A stretch of DNA of 64,000 nt from an uncultured bacterium (GCA_902770045.1 CACXRO010000014.1:27516-91515); one strand, 5' to 3'. Shown: positions 55,596 through 64,000, numbered from the stretch's first letter. Notes: generated by a model not told the origin, from the letters alone. A program made the numbers and translations.

Positions 55596-56921
55596 CTACA
55601 TCCCGGCGCCGCCGGAGGACACCGAGCCGATGATCTTGACCATGGGCAGGAACATCGCCACCACGATGGTGCCGACCACCACCGCGAGCACGATGATCAG
55701 CGCCGGCTCGATCGCGGCGGTCATGCCGGCGACGGCGTTGTCCACCTCGTCGTCGTAGGTGTCTGCGATGCGGGTGAGCATGTCGGCGAGCGCGCCGGTC
55801 TCCTCGCCGACCTCGACCATGGAGATCACCATCGGCGGGAACACGGAGCACTGCGACAGCGGCTGGGTCATCGACTCGCCCTCCTTCACCGCGTCGTGCA
55901 CCGTCTGGATGGCGTTGGAGAGGACGCGGTTGCCGGTGGTGTCGCGGGTGATGACGAGCGACTGGAGGATCGGCACGCCGGAGGAAAGGAGCGTGCCCAG
56001 GGTGCGGGTGAAGCGCGACACCGCCGAGCGCTGGGCGAGGGTGCCGATGACCGGCAGCTTGAGCTTGAGCGCGTCGAAGAAGTACGCACCTGCCTCGGTC
56101 TTGCCGATCACCTTCACGATCACGAAGATGGCCACCGCGGCGATGAAGATCATGAGGCCGTTGTGCTGCACGAACTCCGAGGCCTGGATCACGAACTCCG
56201 TGACCGCCGGCAGCGACTGGCCGCCGAGCATGTCGCTGAACACCTGCTTGAACTTAGGGATCACCATCACCAGGAGGAACGCGGTGATGCCGATCGCGGC
56301 GAAGAGGACGACGCTCGGGTAGATCATCGCGCCCTTCACCTTGTTCTTGATCTTCTCGGACTTCTCCGCGAAGTCGGCGAGACGCGCCAGCACCACCTCC
56401 AGCACGCCGCCGGCCTCGCCGGCCTTGACCATGTTGATGTAGAGGTTGTCGAAGATCTTCGGGTAGGCGGTAAGCGCCTCGGAGAACGTGCCGCCGGCGG
56501 CGATGGTGTCGGAGATGCCGTCGAGCGCCTCGCGCATCTGCTGGTTCTTCATCTGGCGCTTGAGCACCTCGAGCCCGCGCATCAGCGCAAGCCCGGCGTT
56601 CACGAGCGTCGCCAGCTGGCGGGTGAACTGGGTGAGCACCTTGGTCTTGATCCGGCCCTGGAGGAACTTGGGGAGCTTGATCTTGATCTCGATGTTGCGG
56701 TTGAGGCCGCCGCTCTTCTTGCCCCCGGCGGCCGGCTTCTTCGCCGCCTTGCCGCGCGCCGCGGCCGGAGCCGGCGCGGCGCTTTTCACCTCGCCGAGCG
56801 CGGTCGGCATCAGCCCCTGCGCCCTGACGGCGGCGATCGCGGAACTGCGATCACCCGCCTCGACCGTACCCCGCGTCTCGTTGCCGGACGCGTCCTTGGC
56901 GATATACTGGAAAGTGGCCAT
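55596..56921 (-). CDS. pilC: type IV pilus / type II secretion platform protein (GspF/PilC family)
   Basis: Duplicated T2SSF domains are present. The sequence ends ...MFLPMVKIIGSVSSGG. Confidence 0.8.
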   Translation of the reverse strand: MATFQYIAKDASGNETRGTVEAGDRSSAIAAVRAQGLMPTALGEVKSAAPAPAAARGKAAKKPAAGGKKSGGLNRNIEIKIKLPKFLQGRIKTKVLTQFTRQLATLVNAGLALMRGLEVLKRQMKNQQMREALDGISDTIAAGGTFSEALTAYPKIFDNLYINMVKAGEAGGVLEVVLARLADFAEKSEKIKNKVKGAMIYPSVVLFAAIGITAFLLVMVIPKFKQVFSDMLGGQSLPAVTEFVIQASEFVQHNGLMIFIAAVAIFVIVKVIGKTEAGAYFFDALKLKLPVIGTLAQRSAVSRFTRTLGTLLSSGVPILQSLVITRDTTGNRVLSNAIQTVHDAVKEGESMTQPLSQCSVFPPMVISMVEVGEETGALADMLTRIADTYDDEVDNAVAGMTAAIEPALIIVLAVVVGTIVVAMFLPMVKIIGSVSSGGAGM

Positions 56922-56959
56922 CTCTATCCCCTTTTCGCTTCTTCAGACTGTTGACGCGT

Positions 56960-56989
56960 ATGATACCAAAACCGCCCCCCAGATGTCAA
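56960..56989 (-). promoter_or_regulatory. near-consensus sigma70 promoter TTGACA-N18-(TGG)TATCAT for pilC
   Basis: On the minus strand, -35 is at 56989-56984 and the extended -10 at 56968-56960. A 38-nt leader contains AAGGGGA. Confidence 0.6.
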
Positions 56990-57107
56990 ATGCGCACAGC
57001 GGTGTCGATTGCAAGAGTAAACGCAACTCCAACGGCAGGAATGGCTCTGACGCGGCGGGGCCTTGCCTAATCTTTCGTTTTGTTTTTCAACCTGTCAAAC
57101 AGGGTGG

Positions 57108-60100
57108 TTAGCGCAAGTAATACACCGAGCCGCGGGGGCGCGAGGCGTAGCAGCCGAGGTCGAGGCGGTGGCCGGAGAGGCGCTCGTAGCCGCGCAGGTC
57201 CTCCGTCGCCGTGCCGCCGCAGGCCGTGTACTCCGCCCAGGTCGAGCCGGTGTCGACCAGCGCCCCGCCGTTCCGCGGACGCAGACCGGCGACGTCCTCG
57301 GCGCGGCGCGACCAGTCGCGGAACGCCTTCTCGTCGACCACCTTCCATGTCGCGCAGGACTCGTTCGTCACCGCCGACGCGCAGTACGCGAACCGGTCGA
57401 GGTTGACACCGCCGAACTCGGCCACCTCGGTGCCTCCGTTGCCGAATATCACGCAGTTCACCGCCTTGGCGTTGGAGGACGCCATGTATAGCCCGGAACC
57501 AGAAACGCCAGTGCCGGTCGTGTTGTCGACAATGGTGCAGTTCACCGCAACCGCGCTGCCGCCGAGGTAAATGCCGCCGCCGAGCGTGCGGGACTCGTTG
57601 CCGTTGGCGTAGATGAGGCAGCTGTCCACGACCGCAGCGCCCTCGGCGCAGACGCCGCCGCCACGTCCAGTGTGGCCTTCGTCGGTGGCGTTGGACATAT
57701 GGCCGGCGCCGTGCCCTTGGGTGATCATCGAGCGCAGCAGTCTGCCGCCCGACATGTAGACGTTGCCGCCAAACCCGCGGCCCCAGCCGCCGTTATGAGT
57801 GCCGGCGCCATAGCCGCCGGTGACGATGCAGTTCTCGACCGTGCCGGCCGAGACGTTGATGTGCCCGCCGCAGACCGCCTCGCCGCCATAGATCGAAGTC
57901 CTGTAGCCGGTGCCGCTGACAGTAAGGTCCCTGACCACCGCGCCGGCGTGACTCATCGTGAACGCGCGCGAGCCGTTGACGCTGTCGTTGATGACGACGT
58001 CCGCCGGGTTGCCGGTGTCGCCGCGAACGGTGACGCCGCAGGCAAGCTGGAGGCCGGTCTCGGCGTGGGTGCCTGCGAGGACGCGGATGGTGCCGCCGTC
58101 GACGCAGCCGAGGTTGGCCGAGGAGTTGTTCGTCATCGCGAGGAGGCAGTCGGCGATCTTCCTCGCCGCCTTGGCCGGCGTGTCGTAGGGATACTCCGGA
58201 CTCGCGTTCGCGGAGTCGACGTACATCACCGCCGGCACGACCACGGTCTTGGTGGAGACCTCCGTCCAGTCACACCAGCTCGCGCCGCCGTCGTCGGATG
58301 CCGCGACGCGCACGGTGTAGAGCCCTGCCGCCGGATAGGCGTAGGAGTAGTCTGTGTTGGGAGCGGTGACGGTGACGCCGTTGCCGAAGTCCCAGCGGAA
58401 GATGAAGCTGCCGCTCCCGCCGATCGCCGAGGCGATGAAGGTTATGTTGCTGCCGACGAAGTAGGCGTAGGTGGACTGGATGCCGCTGCAGGAAATGCTC
58501 GACTGGTCCACCTCGTAGCAGCCGATGTCGATGGAACTGCCGGAGATGCGCGGATTGCCGTCGAAGTCGAGCGTTCCCGCATTGGCCGGATACCAATCTG
58601 CGTCGGTGGTGCCGTGGTTGACGAGCAAGCTCGACGGATTGGCATGGAAATCCTGCACCGAATATCCGGCGAAGTCGCTGTCGCCGATCAGATACCAGGT
58701 CTCGCACGACTCGTTGGTGACGGACGAAGCGCAGCACATGTACTTGCCGAGGTTCGCGGTACCGAACTCGGCCTTCGCGGTGCCGCCGTTGTCGTACAGA
58801 ACGCAGTTGACCGCCTTCGCATTCGCACCGTAGATGCAAATGCCGGCGCCGGGGTAGGTAGAATCGGTGGTGTTGCCGATTACAGTGCAGTTCACCGCAA
58901 CCGCGCTACCCGCAAGACAGATGCCGCCGCCGTAGGTAATCGTCGCGCTGCCGTTGCCGTAGATGAGGCAGCTGTCCACCACGGCGTCGCCCGCGGCGTA
59001 CACTCCGCCGCCGTAGCTGCGCCGGGAGTCTTCGTCCTTGGACTGCTTCCACACAGCTGGCTGGCCGCCGGTAATCTTCGAACGCGTCAGCCTTCCGCCG
59101 GACATGTAGACGTTGCCGCCCGAACCACGCCCCCAGCCTCCGCTGTTCGCTCTGGTGCCGCGCCCGCCGGTAATGACGCAGTTGTCGACGAGGCCCGCCG
59201 ACATGTTGACATGGCCGCCGCAGAAATGGTCGTTGGCCTTGCCGTTAATTCCATATCCGCTTATCGTAAGATCGCGCACGACAGCGCCGGCATGGGTGAT
59301 GGTAAAGGCGCGCGTACCACTTGCACCGGAATTGGTATTGTCCCTGATAACGACGTCCGCCGGATTGCCGGTGTCGCCGCGCACGGTGACGCCGCAGGCA
59401 AGCTTGACACCCGCCTCGGTGTGCGTGCCGGCGAGGACGCGGATGGTGCCGCCGTCGATCGTGCCGAGGTTGGCCGAGGCATTGTTCGTCATCGCCACAA
59501 GGCAGTCGGCAATCTTCTTCGCCGCCTTGGCCGGCGTGTCGTAGGGGTATTCCGGACTCGCGTTCGCGGAGTTGACGTACATCACCGCAGGGACAATGGC
59601 GATCTTGGTGGGGACGTCGGCCCAGGCGCTCCAGGTATTGCCGCCGTCGTCGGACGCCGCGACGCGCGCGGTGTACAGCCCCGCGGCCGGATAGGCGTAG
59701 GTGTATGCCGCATTGGCGGTATCGACGGTGACTCCGTTGCCGAAGTCGAAGCGGTAGAGGTAGCCGCCGCTGCCGCCAACCGCCGAGGCGGTGAAGGTTA
59801 TGTTGCTGCCGACGAAGTAGCCGTAGGTCGACGGCAGCGCGGAACAGGAAATACGTGACTGGTCGATCTCGTAGAAGCCGATGTCGTAGGCCGGACCCGA
59901 CTTGCGCGGATTGCCGAAAAAGTCGGTCGCGATGGGATCGTCATAAGGCGCGGAAACTGTGCCGTGGTCGGTCAGCGGCGAGGACGGATTGTGGCGGAAG
60001 TCCTGGACCAGGTATCCCATGAACGCACTTTCATCCATCAAATACCAGGTCGCGCACGACTCGTTGGTGACGGACGAGGCGCAGCACATGTACTTGCCGA

Positions 60101-60925
60101 GGTTCGCGGTGCCGAACTCGGCCTTCGCGGTGCCTCCGTTCCCGTACATCACGCAGTTGACCACCCTGGCGTCAGCCGAGTAGATGCAGACGCCGGCACC
60201 GGGATAGGCTGGATCGGTGGTGTTGTCGGCAATGGTGGAGTTGGACATCACCGCCCTGCCGTCAAGGCAGACGCCGCCGCCGTAGGTAATCGTCGCGCTG
60301 CCGTTGCCGTAGATGAGGCAGCTGTCCACCACGGCGTCGCCAGTGGCGTAGACGCCGCCGCCGTAGCTGCGCCGGGAGTCAACGTCGGAGGACTGCTTCC
60401 ACACAATTGCCTGGCCGGCGGTAATCTTCGAACGTGTCAGCCTGCCGCCGGACATGTAGACGTTCCCGCCCGAACCACGCCCCCAGCCTCCACTCGCCGA
60501 TCTGGCGCCGCGCCCGCCGGTGATGACGCAGTTGTCGACGACACCCGCCGACATGTTGACATGACCGCCGCAGAAGTTGTTGTTGGCGCTACCGTTTAGT
60601 CCATATCCGCGTATTGTTAACGAGCTCAAGCCGGCATACTGATGACTGATGGAAAACGCACGCGAGCCAGACGTTTTCTCACTGGAGTTGTCGGTAATCG
60701 AAACGTCCTTGGGGTCGCCGGTCTCGCCAACCACCAAAATCGGCGTGGAGAGGGCATAGCCGGAGCCAGTGTAGCTGCCGGCTGCCATCACGATCTTCGC
60801 CGCCCAGTTCGACGCGTTGGCGCAGGCGATCGCATCCGCGAGCGTTGCCGCGCCGGTTTCGCGGGTGGCGTAGGGCTCGACGTGATCCGCCGCGGACGGG
60901 TTCACGTACATCGTCTGGTAGACGA
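57108..60925. repeat. three tandem intragenic repeats of about 1.35 kb (about 60925-59595, 59594-58241, 58240-57108)
   Basis: 58721-58800 versus 60071-60150 gives 74/80 identical nt by my count. The third copy is more diverged and lacks the PKD part. Confidence 0.85.
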
Positions 60926-62591
60926 CGAACTCCACTTCCGAAGTCGCGCCTTCGTATAGCGACCCCGCCTTGCCGGTCACGATCGCCGTGGCGATGCCCG
61001 GCGCGGCGTTGTTGGTGTAGGAGACTTCGTAGTCGGTGTTCTTTATGAGTGTTCCGCCTGTCAACAAGCTGGTGACAACCGGCTCGGGGCACGCCGGCTC
61101 TCCGGCCACGTAGTCTTCCGATGCGATGGGCGCGACATGCAAGATCTGGTCCACGCGCTCGCCGGCAACGAATGAGCCAGTTCCGACGTTGGCGTAGAAG
61201 ACATCGTACACGCGGTCGTAGAGGCCGACCGCGCCGTCCTCCTCGCGGCGCGCGGGCACGAAGTCGCACTCCAGGACTCCGCCCTTCCTGATCTGCAGCG
61301 AATAGAGCGTCCAGGAACCCCTGTGGCCGCCGTCACAGTCAGCGAAGATGTTGAAGACTTCGCTGCTGGAACTACGGGAGACGGTGGTGGTGACTGCAGT
61401 TGAGCCGTAGTCGAGGATAAGCTGGTCGGAATCGTTGATGGTGAGATGGCAGTCGGTGTTATTCTTAAGGGAGCCGACGGTGGTTGCGGCCCCATAGAAC
61501 CTGTAGGCATTGTTCTGCTTGATGAAGAGATATTGGTTGCTGTTCCATTTCTGGCCGAAGAAAGTGGTGTCTCCTTGATAGGGCCCGGTGTTGAAGTCCA
61601 TCTCCACCGTGGTGGTCGTGCCGGGCTGGATGCCGGTCGTGATGTACTGATTTCCGGTGGAGGTGATTGACGCGAGCTTCTGGTAACCGCGCGGTAGGAC
61701 GATGTCGGAGGTGATCTGGAACATGGCCTTGGCAACCTCGCCGGCGTAGGTGCCGGCGCCGGTCGCGTATGCCCACGCGATTCCGGCCCAGGTGGTGTTG
61801 GAGTATGAGACGGTGTAGTCGGTGCCCTCGGAGAGCAGCGTGCCGGTTTCGGTGTCGGTTACGGTCACCGACGGCAGCGTCTGGGCGGATGGGTTGAACT
61901 CGACGGTGTCGGTGCTGAGGGCAACGGTCATCCGGCTGACGTCGAGGGGTTCGTAGGTGAAGTCTACCCCAGTGCCCTGGTTGGTACAGAAAACACGGGT
62001 GACGCAGTCGTAGAGACCAGGCTTGCTGTCAGACCGGCGCACCGCCGGCAGGTAGTAGTGGGCAACGGAGCCGCCCTGGCTGATCTCGAAGGACTTGAGC
62101 CCGAAGGTGCAGTAGTGTTCGGCGCCACACGAGAAGATGTAGAGCGTTCCGCCGTTGCTGGTGAGCGTGACGGACTTGGTGGAGGAGGCACCGTCAACTT
62201 CAAGCGTCAGGCTGCCGCCGCCGATGGTCAAGGAGGCGTCCTTGTTGTCTACGCACAAGATGTCGGTGTTGTCGTCATTGCCGAAGAAACGATAAGTACC
62301 TCCCCCACCCATATTGCCCTGCATGAAGAGCCAGCGGCCTTTGGCCCAGCCGGTGCCGAAAAAGGCGGTGTCGTGGACATAGGTGCCGGTGTTGAACTCC
62401 ATCTTGACCGAAGTCGAGGCGTTGGGCGCGAAGCCGGTGTTGATGTACTGCGCCCCGGAGGAGATGAGCATCTTCACCGGCTCGTAAGTGCCGGGTATGT
62501 CATTGTAGTCATACGCCCACGCGCTCGCCGCGCCCAGCGCGACCGCGGCAGACAACACGAAACCACCCGCGAGTTTCTTCACCCCGTTCAT
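57108..62591 (-). CDS. 1827-aa secreted repeat protein: 2x(QYIxTG jelly-roll-like plus Ig/MBG-like) followed by 3x(right-handed beta-helix, the first two with a PKD domain)
   Basis: It has a signal peptide, MNGVKKLAGGFVLSAAVALGAASAWA. Beta-helix turns read GGGVYA.GDAVVDSCLIYGNG. ...DIGFYE/DIGCYE motifs occur. The PKD-like segment reads FDFGNGVTV...YAYPAAGLYT.RVAASDDGG. GGAGG lies 7 nt upstream of the ATG. Confidence 0.8.
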   Translation of the reverse strand: MNGVKKLAGGFVLSAAVALGAASAWAYDYNDIPGTYEPVKMLISSGAQYINTGFAPNASTSVKMEFNTGTYVHDTAFFGTGWAKGRWLFMQGNMGGGGTYRFFGNDDNTDILCVDNKDASLTIGGGSLTLEVDGASSTKSVTLTSNGGTLYIFSCGAEHYCTFGLKSFEISQGGSVAHYYLPAVRRSDSKPGLYDCVTRVFCTNQGTGVDFTYEPLDVSRMTVALSTDTVEFNPSAQTLPSVTVTDTETGTLLSEGTDYTVSYSNTTWAGIAWAYATGAGTYAGEVAKAMFQITSDIVLPRGYQKLASITSTGNQYITTGIQPGTTTTVEMDFNTGPYQGDTTFFGQKWNSNQYLFIKQNNAYRFYGAATTVGSLKNNTDCHLTINDSDQLILDYGSTAVTTTVSRSSSSEVFNIFADCDGGHRGSWTLYSLQIRKGGVLECDFVPARREEDGAVGLYDRVYDVFYANVGTGSFVAGERVDQILHVAPIASEDYVAGEPACPEPVVTSLLTGGTLIKNTDYEVSYTNNAAPGIATAIVTGKAGSLYEGATSEVEFVVYQTMYVNPSAADHVEPYATRETGAATLADAIACANASNWAAKIVMAAGSYTGSGYALSTPILVVGETGDPKDVSITDNSSEKTSGSRAFSISHQYAGLSSLTIRGYGLNGSANNNFCGGHVNMSAGVVDNCVITGGRGARSASGGWGRGSGGNVYMSGGRLTRSKITAGQAIVWKQSSDVDSRRSYGGGVYATGDAVVDSCLIYGNGSATITYGGGVCLDGRAVMSNSTIADNTTDPAYPGAGVCIYSADARVVNCVMYGNGGTAKAEFGTANLGKYMCCASSVTNESCATWYLMDESAFMGYLVQDFRHNPSSPLTDHGTVSAPYDDPIATDFFGNPRKSGPAYDIGFYEIDQSRISCSALPSTYGYFVGSNITFTASAVGGSGGYLYRFDFGNGVTVDTANAAYTYAYPAAGLYTARVAASDDGGNTWSAWADVPTKIAIVPAVMYVNSANASPEYPYDTPAKAAKKIADCLVAMTNNASANLGTIDGGTIRVLAGTHTEAGVKLACGVTVRGDTGNPADVVIRDNTNSGASGTRAFTITHAGAVVRDLTISGYGINGKANDHFCGGHVNMSAGLVDNCVITGGRGTRANSGGWGRGSGGNVYMSGGRLTRSKITGGQPAVWKQSKDEDSRRSYGGGVYAAGDAVVDSCLIYGNGSATITYGGGICLAGSAVAVNCTVIGNTTDSTYPGAGICIYGANAKAVNCVLYDNGGTAKAEFGTANLGKYMCCASSVTNESCETWYLIGDSDFAGYSVQDFHANPSSLLVNHGTTDADWYPANAGTLDFDGNPRISGSSIDIGCYEVDQSSISCSGIQSTYAYFVGSNITFIASAIGGSGSFIFRWDFGNGVTVTAPNTDYSYAYPAAGLYTVRVAASDDGGASWCDWTEVSTKTVVVPAVMYVDSANASPEYPYDTPAKAARKIADCLLAMTNNSSANLGCVDGGTIRVLAGTHAETGLQLACGVTVRGDTGNPADVVINDSVNGSRAFTMSHAGAVVRDLTVSGTGYRTSIYGGEAVCGGHINVSAGTVENCIVTGGYGAGTHNGGWGRGFGGNVYMSGGRLLRSMITQGHGAGHMSNATDEGHTGRGGGVCAEGAAVVDSCLIYANGNESRTLGGGIYLGGSAVAVNCTIVDNTTGTGVSGSGLYMASSNAKAVNCVIFGNGGTEVAEFGGVNLDRFAYCASAVTNESCATWKVVDEKAFRDWSRRAEDVAGLRPRNGGALVDTGSTWAEYTACGGTATEDLRGYERLSGHRLDLGCYASRPRGSVYYLR

Positions 62592-62652
62592 TTGGCACCT
62601 CCAGTTGAATTTCGAGTATGCGAACGACGGGGGAAGATTTCTAAGAGGTTTG

Positions 62653-62666
62653 CCCCCCCCCCCCCC
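62653..62666. repeat. homopolymer C14 (G14 on the sense strand) in the leader of the giant gene
   Basis: Plus strand reads tg-cccccccccccccc-gcaa. It lies between the -10 at 62712-62720 and ATG 62591. Confidence 0.95.
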
Positions 62667-62711
62667 GCAAAATTTTAGCAGTTATGCTGATTCGCCGCTT
62701 CATTAATGCGA

Positions 62712-62720
62712 ATATTACCA
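62712..62720 (-). promoter_or_regulatory. extended -10 TGGTAATAT upstream of the giant gene (about 115-120-nt leader)
   Basis: Minus strand reads cgggataTGGTAATATtcgc. Confidence 0.45.
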
Positions 62721-62761
62721 TATCCCGCCAAGTCTGTCAACTGCCGCGGCACGGCGTATCG

Positions 62762-63736
62762 TCAGCGGCGGCGGGCGCGGCAGATGACGACGTCGTCGGC
62801 GACGGCGATGGTCTTCTCGCCGTCGACCTCGGCGAAGTCGGCGCTGGCGATGCACATGTAGCGCGGGTCGGCGCGGCCCTCGGAATGGTGCGCATGGAAG
62901 ACGATCCTGAGCCGCCCCTCGCGGTCGCGGAAGAACGAGTGGTGGCCGGTGCCGGACAGCCCCGCCTTGCGGAGCAGGATCGGGTTGGAGGCGTTCTTGG
63001 CGTAGGGTCCGGTGACCGACTTCGAGGTGGCGCAGCCGACGGCGTAGAGCGGGCTGCGGTAGTCGTTGGCGGACCAGGTGATGTAGTAGAGCCCGCCGTG
63101 CTTCAGCAGGAACGGTCCCTCGTTCACCCGCCCGAAGCCGCGCTTCTCCCATTCCCCGCGCGCGTCGAAGAGGAAAACCGGCTCCGCCCCCTTCTTGACC
63201 GCGGTCATGTCCTTCTCCATCTCGACGATGCGCGGACCAGATCCGTAGCCCGGTGCTCCGCCGGCGACATAGAGCATCCAGACGCGTCCGTCGTCGTCGG
63301 TGAAGAAAGAGTTGTCGATCGTGAAGCGGTCGTCCTCGAAAAGCGTGCGCTTCTCCGCCTGCCTGAACGGTCCGAGCGGCGAGTCGGCGACGGCGACGCA
63401 CACGCGCTCCTGGGCGGAGTACGCCATCACGTACCTGCCGTCGGCGCGGCGGTAGACCTCGGGCGCCCAGAACCAGCGCTCGCCCCAGACGTCGTCCTTG
63501 TGGAGCGCAAGCCCCTTCTTCGCCACGCCGACGCCGATGGTCCAGTCGACGAGGTTGGTGGAGACCGCGACCGGTATCCCGTCCGCGGCGCCGGTGCCGT
63601 AGGCGTAGTAGACGCCGCCGTCGAGGAGGACGAACGGGTCGGCGAGGTAGAGCCTGCCGTCGCCGCCGGCGTCGCCCGCGGCAAAGGCGGCGAAGGAGGC
63701 GAAAGCAAGAATCACGAATGCGAATGTCTTTCTCAT
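62762..63736 (-). CDS. glycoside hydrolase family 43 (beta-xylosidase/arabinofuranosidase-like)
   Basis: The true start is MRKTFAFVILAFASFAAFAAG (ATG 63736). It contains ...LADPFVL..., ...WAPEV... and ...NEGPFLLKHGGLYYITWS... Confidence 0.75.
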   Translation of the reverse strand: MRKTFAFVILAFASFAAFAAGDAGGDGRLYLADPFVLLDGGVYYAYGTGAADGIPVAVSTNLVDWTIGVGVAKKGLALHKDDVWGERWFWAPEVYRRADGRYVMAYSAQERVCVAVADSPLGPFRQAEKRTLFEDDRFTIDNSFFTDDDGRVWMLYVAGGAPGYGSGPRIVEMEKDMTAVKKGAEPVFLFDARGEWEKRGFGRVNEGPFLLKHGGLYYITWSANDYRSPLYAVGCATSKSVTGPYAKNASNPILLRKAGLSGTGHHSFFRDREGRLRIVFHAHHSEGRADPRYMCIASADFAEVDGEKTIAVADDVVICRARRR

Positions 63737-63743
63737 GGCAAGT

Positions 63744-63752
63744 ATTATACCA
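63744..63752 (-). promoter_or_regulatory. extended -10 TGGTATAAT, 7 nt from the ATG (leaderless configuration)
   Basis: Minus strand reads atgaataTGGTATAATACTTGCCATG, with the ATG at 63736. Confidence 0.6.
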
Positions 63753-63792
63753 TATTCATGGCTCATAGTTCGCAACTCGTGGATAGTTATAA

Positions 63793-63861
63793 CACACGGA
63801 TTTGCTCAGGTCTACGACCTTCGCCAACTGTGAGCGACGTAGTCGCGAACAAATCCGTGTG
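63793..63861 (-). terminator. 12-bp inverted repeat with a 45-nt loop, 8 nt after a stop codon (terminator or structured-RNA candidate)
   Basis: cacacggatttg (63793-63804) pairs with caaatccgtgtg (63850-63861). On the sense strand it is followed by TTATAAC. Confidence 0.3.
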
Positions 63862-63869
63862 CTGAAAAC

Positions 63870-64000
63870 TCAACGCAGGTAGTATACCGAACCTGCGCCG
63901 ATCTGGGTGTAGACCACGCTGGCTCCAGGCGCCACCTCCACCGTGAACGTGCCGCAGCGCGACTTGTGCGGCAGCTTAAGCGTGCCCGCCGACACCTTCA
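63870..64000 (-). CDS. 3' end of an unidentified gene (5' part outside the window); C-terminus ...QIGAGSVYYLR
   Basis: Hand translation gives ...KVSAGTLKLPHKSRCGTFTVEVAPGASVVYTQIGAGSVYYLR*, with the TGA stop at 63872-63870. It is open at the right edge and not in the ORF track. Confidence 0.55.
   Translation of the reverse strand, partial: KVSAGTLKLPHKSRCGTFTVEVAPGASVVYTQIGAGSVYYLR

Noticed and set aside
57040-57107. Intrinsic terminator after the giant gene (cctgt-caa-acagg)
   Set aside because: It is only a 5-bp stem with a 3-nt loop. The following A-rich run is on the wrong side for the sense strand.
63879-63890. ggtagtatacc resembling the GGTATA promoter core
   Set aside because: It is inside the coding 3' end of the right-edge gene, where it encodes S-V-Y-Y on the minus strand. 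No gene follows on the plus strand.

Overview
High-GC bacterial chromosome segment (roughly two-thirds G+C by eye). I call about 60 protein genes, all on the minus strand except three, plus one tRNA-Glu on the plus strand. There is no rRNA, CRISPR array, transposase or integrase. Gene content (ECF sigma with a Ser/Thr kinase, DUF2341/LamG proteins, FAD-oxidoreductase/esterase fusions, a giant beta-helix protein, GH43, a NahK-like kinase, a hexokinase) suggests a glycan-degrading PVC-type bacterium (Lentisphaerota, Kiritimatiellota or Verrucomicrobiota). This placement is inference only.

Most of the window is housekeeping: accDA, gatC, xseA, ftsW, murD, nadE, dprA, asd, carB, epmA, rpmH-rnpA-yidD-yidC, an ornithine carbamoyltransferase (OTCase), rbsK and pilCD.

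The main accessory patch is about 2.8-8.9 kb.
- It holds a decayed HipBA toxin-antitoxin module bracketed by direct repeats, followed by an AbiEi/AbiEii module.
- Next comes the only plus-strand protein operon: an ABC exporter, an untracked 33-aa Thr/Lys/Asp/Glu-rich ORF with its own RBS and a 3' hairpin, and an MdnC/MvdD-type ATP-grasp ligase. I read this as a candidate, possibly new-type, graspetide (omega-ester RiPP) cluster. It is my top candidate for the undescribed system.

Other notable signals:
1. A very conserved 16-17 nt extended -10 promoter motif (WWWW-TGG-TATAAT-AC) lies in front of about 15 transcription units. In five of them it sits exactly 7-8 nt from the ATG, which implies leaderless mRNAs.
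2. Heptanucleotide tandem arrays that are C-rich and G-poor on the sense strand are wedged between stop codons and the next promoter.
3. yidC is fused in frame to a DUF4091-like domain that carries its own signal-peptide-like segment.
4. A three-domain esterase/unknown/FAD-oxidoreductase gene is frameshifted.
5. An 1827-aa beta-helix/PKD protein has three 1.35-kb tandem repeats and a G14 tract in its leader.
6. That giant protein shares the extreme C-terminal heptapeptide GSVYYLR with a neighbouring gene.

All functional calls come from reading the translations and motifs from memory. No searches were run.
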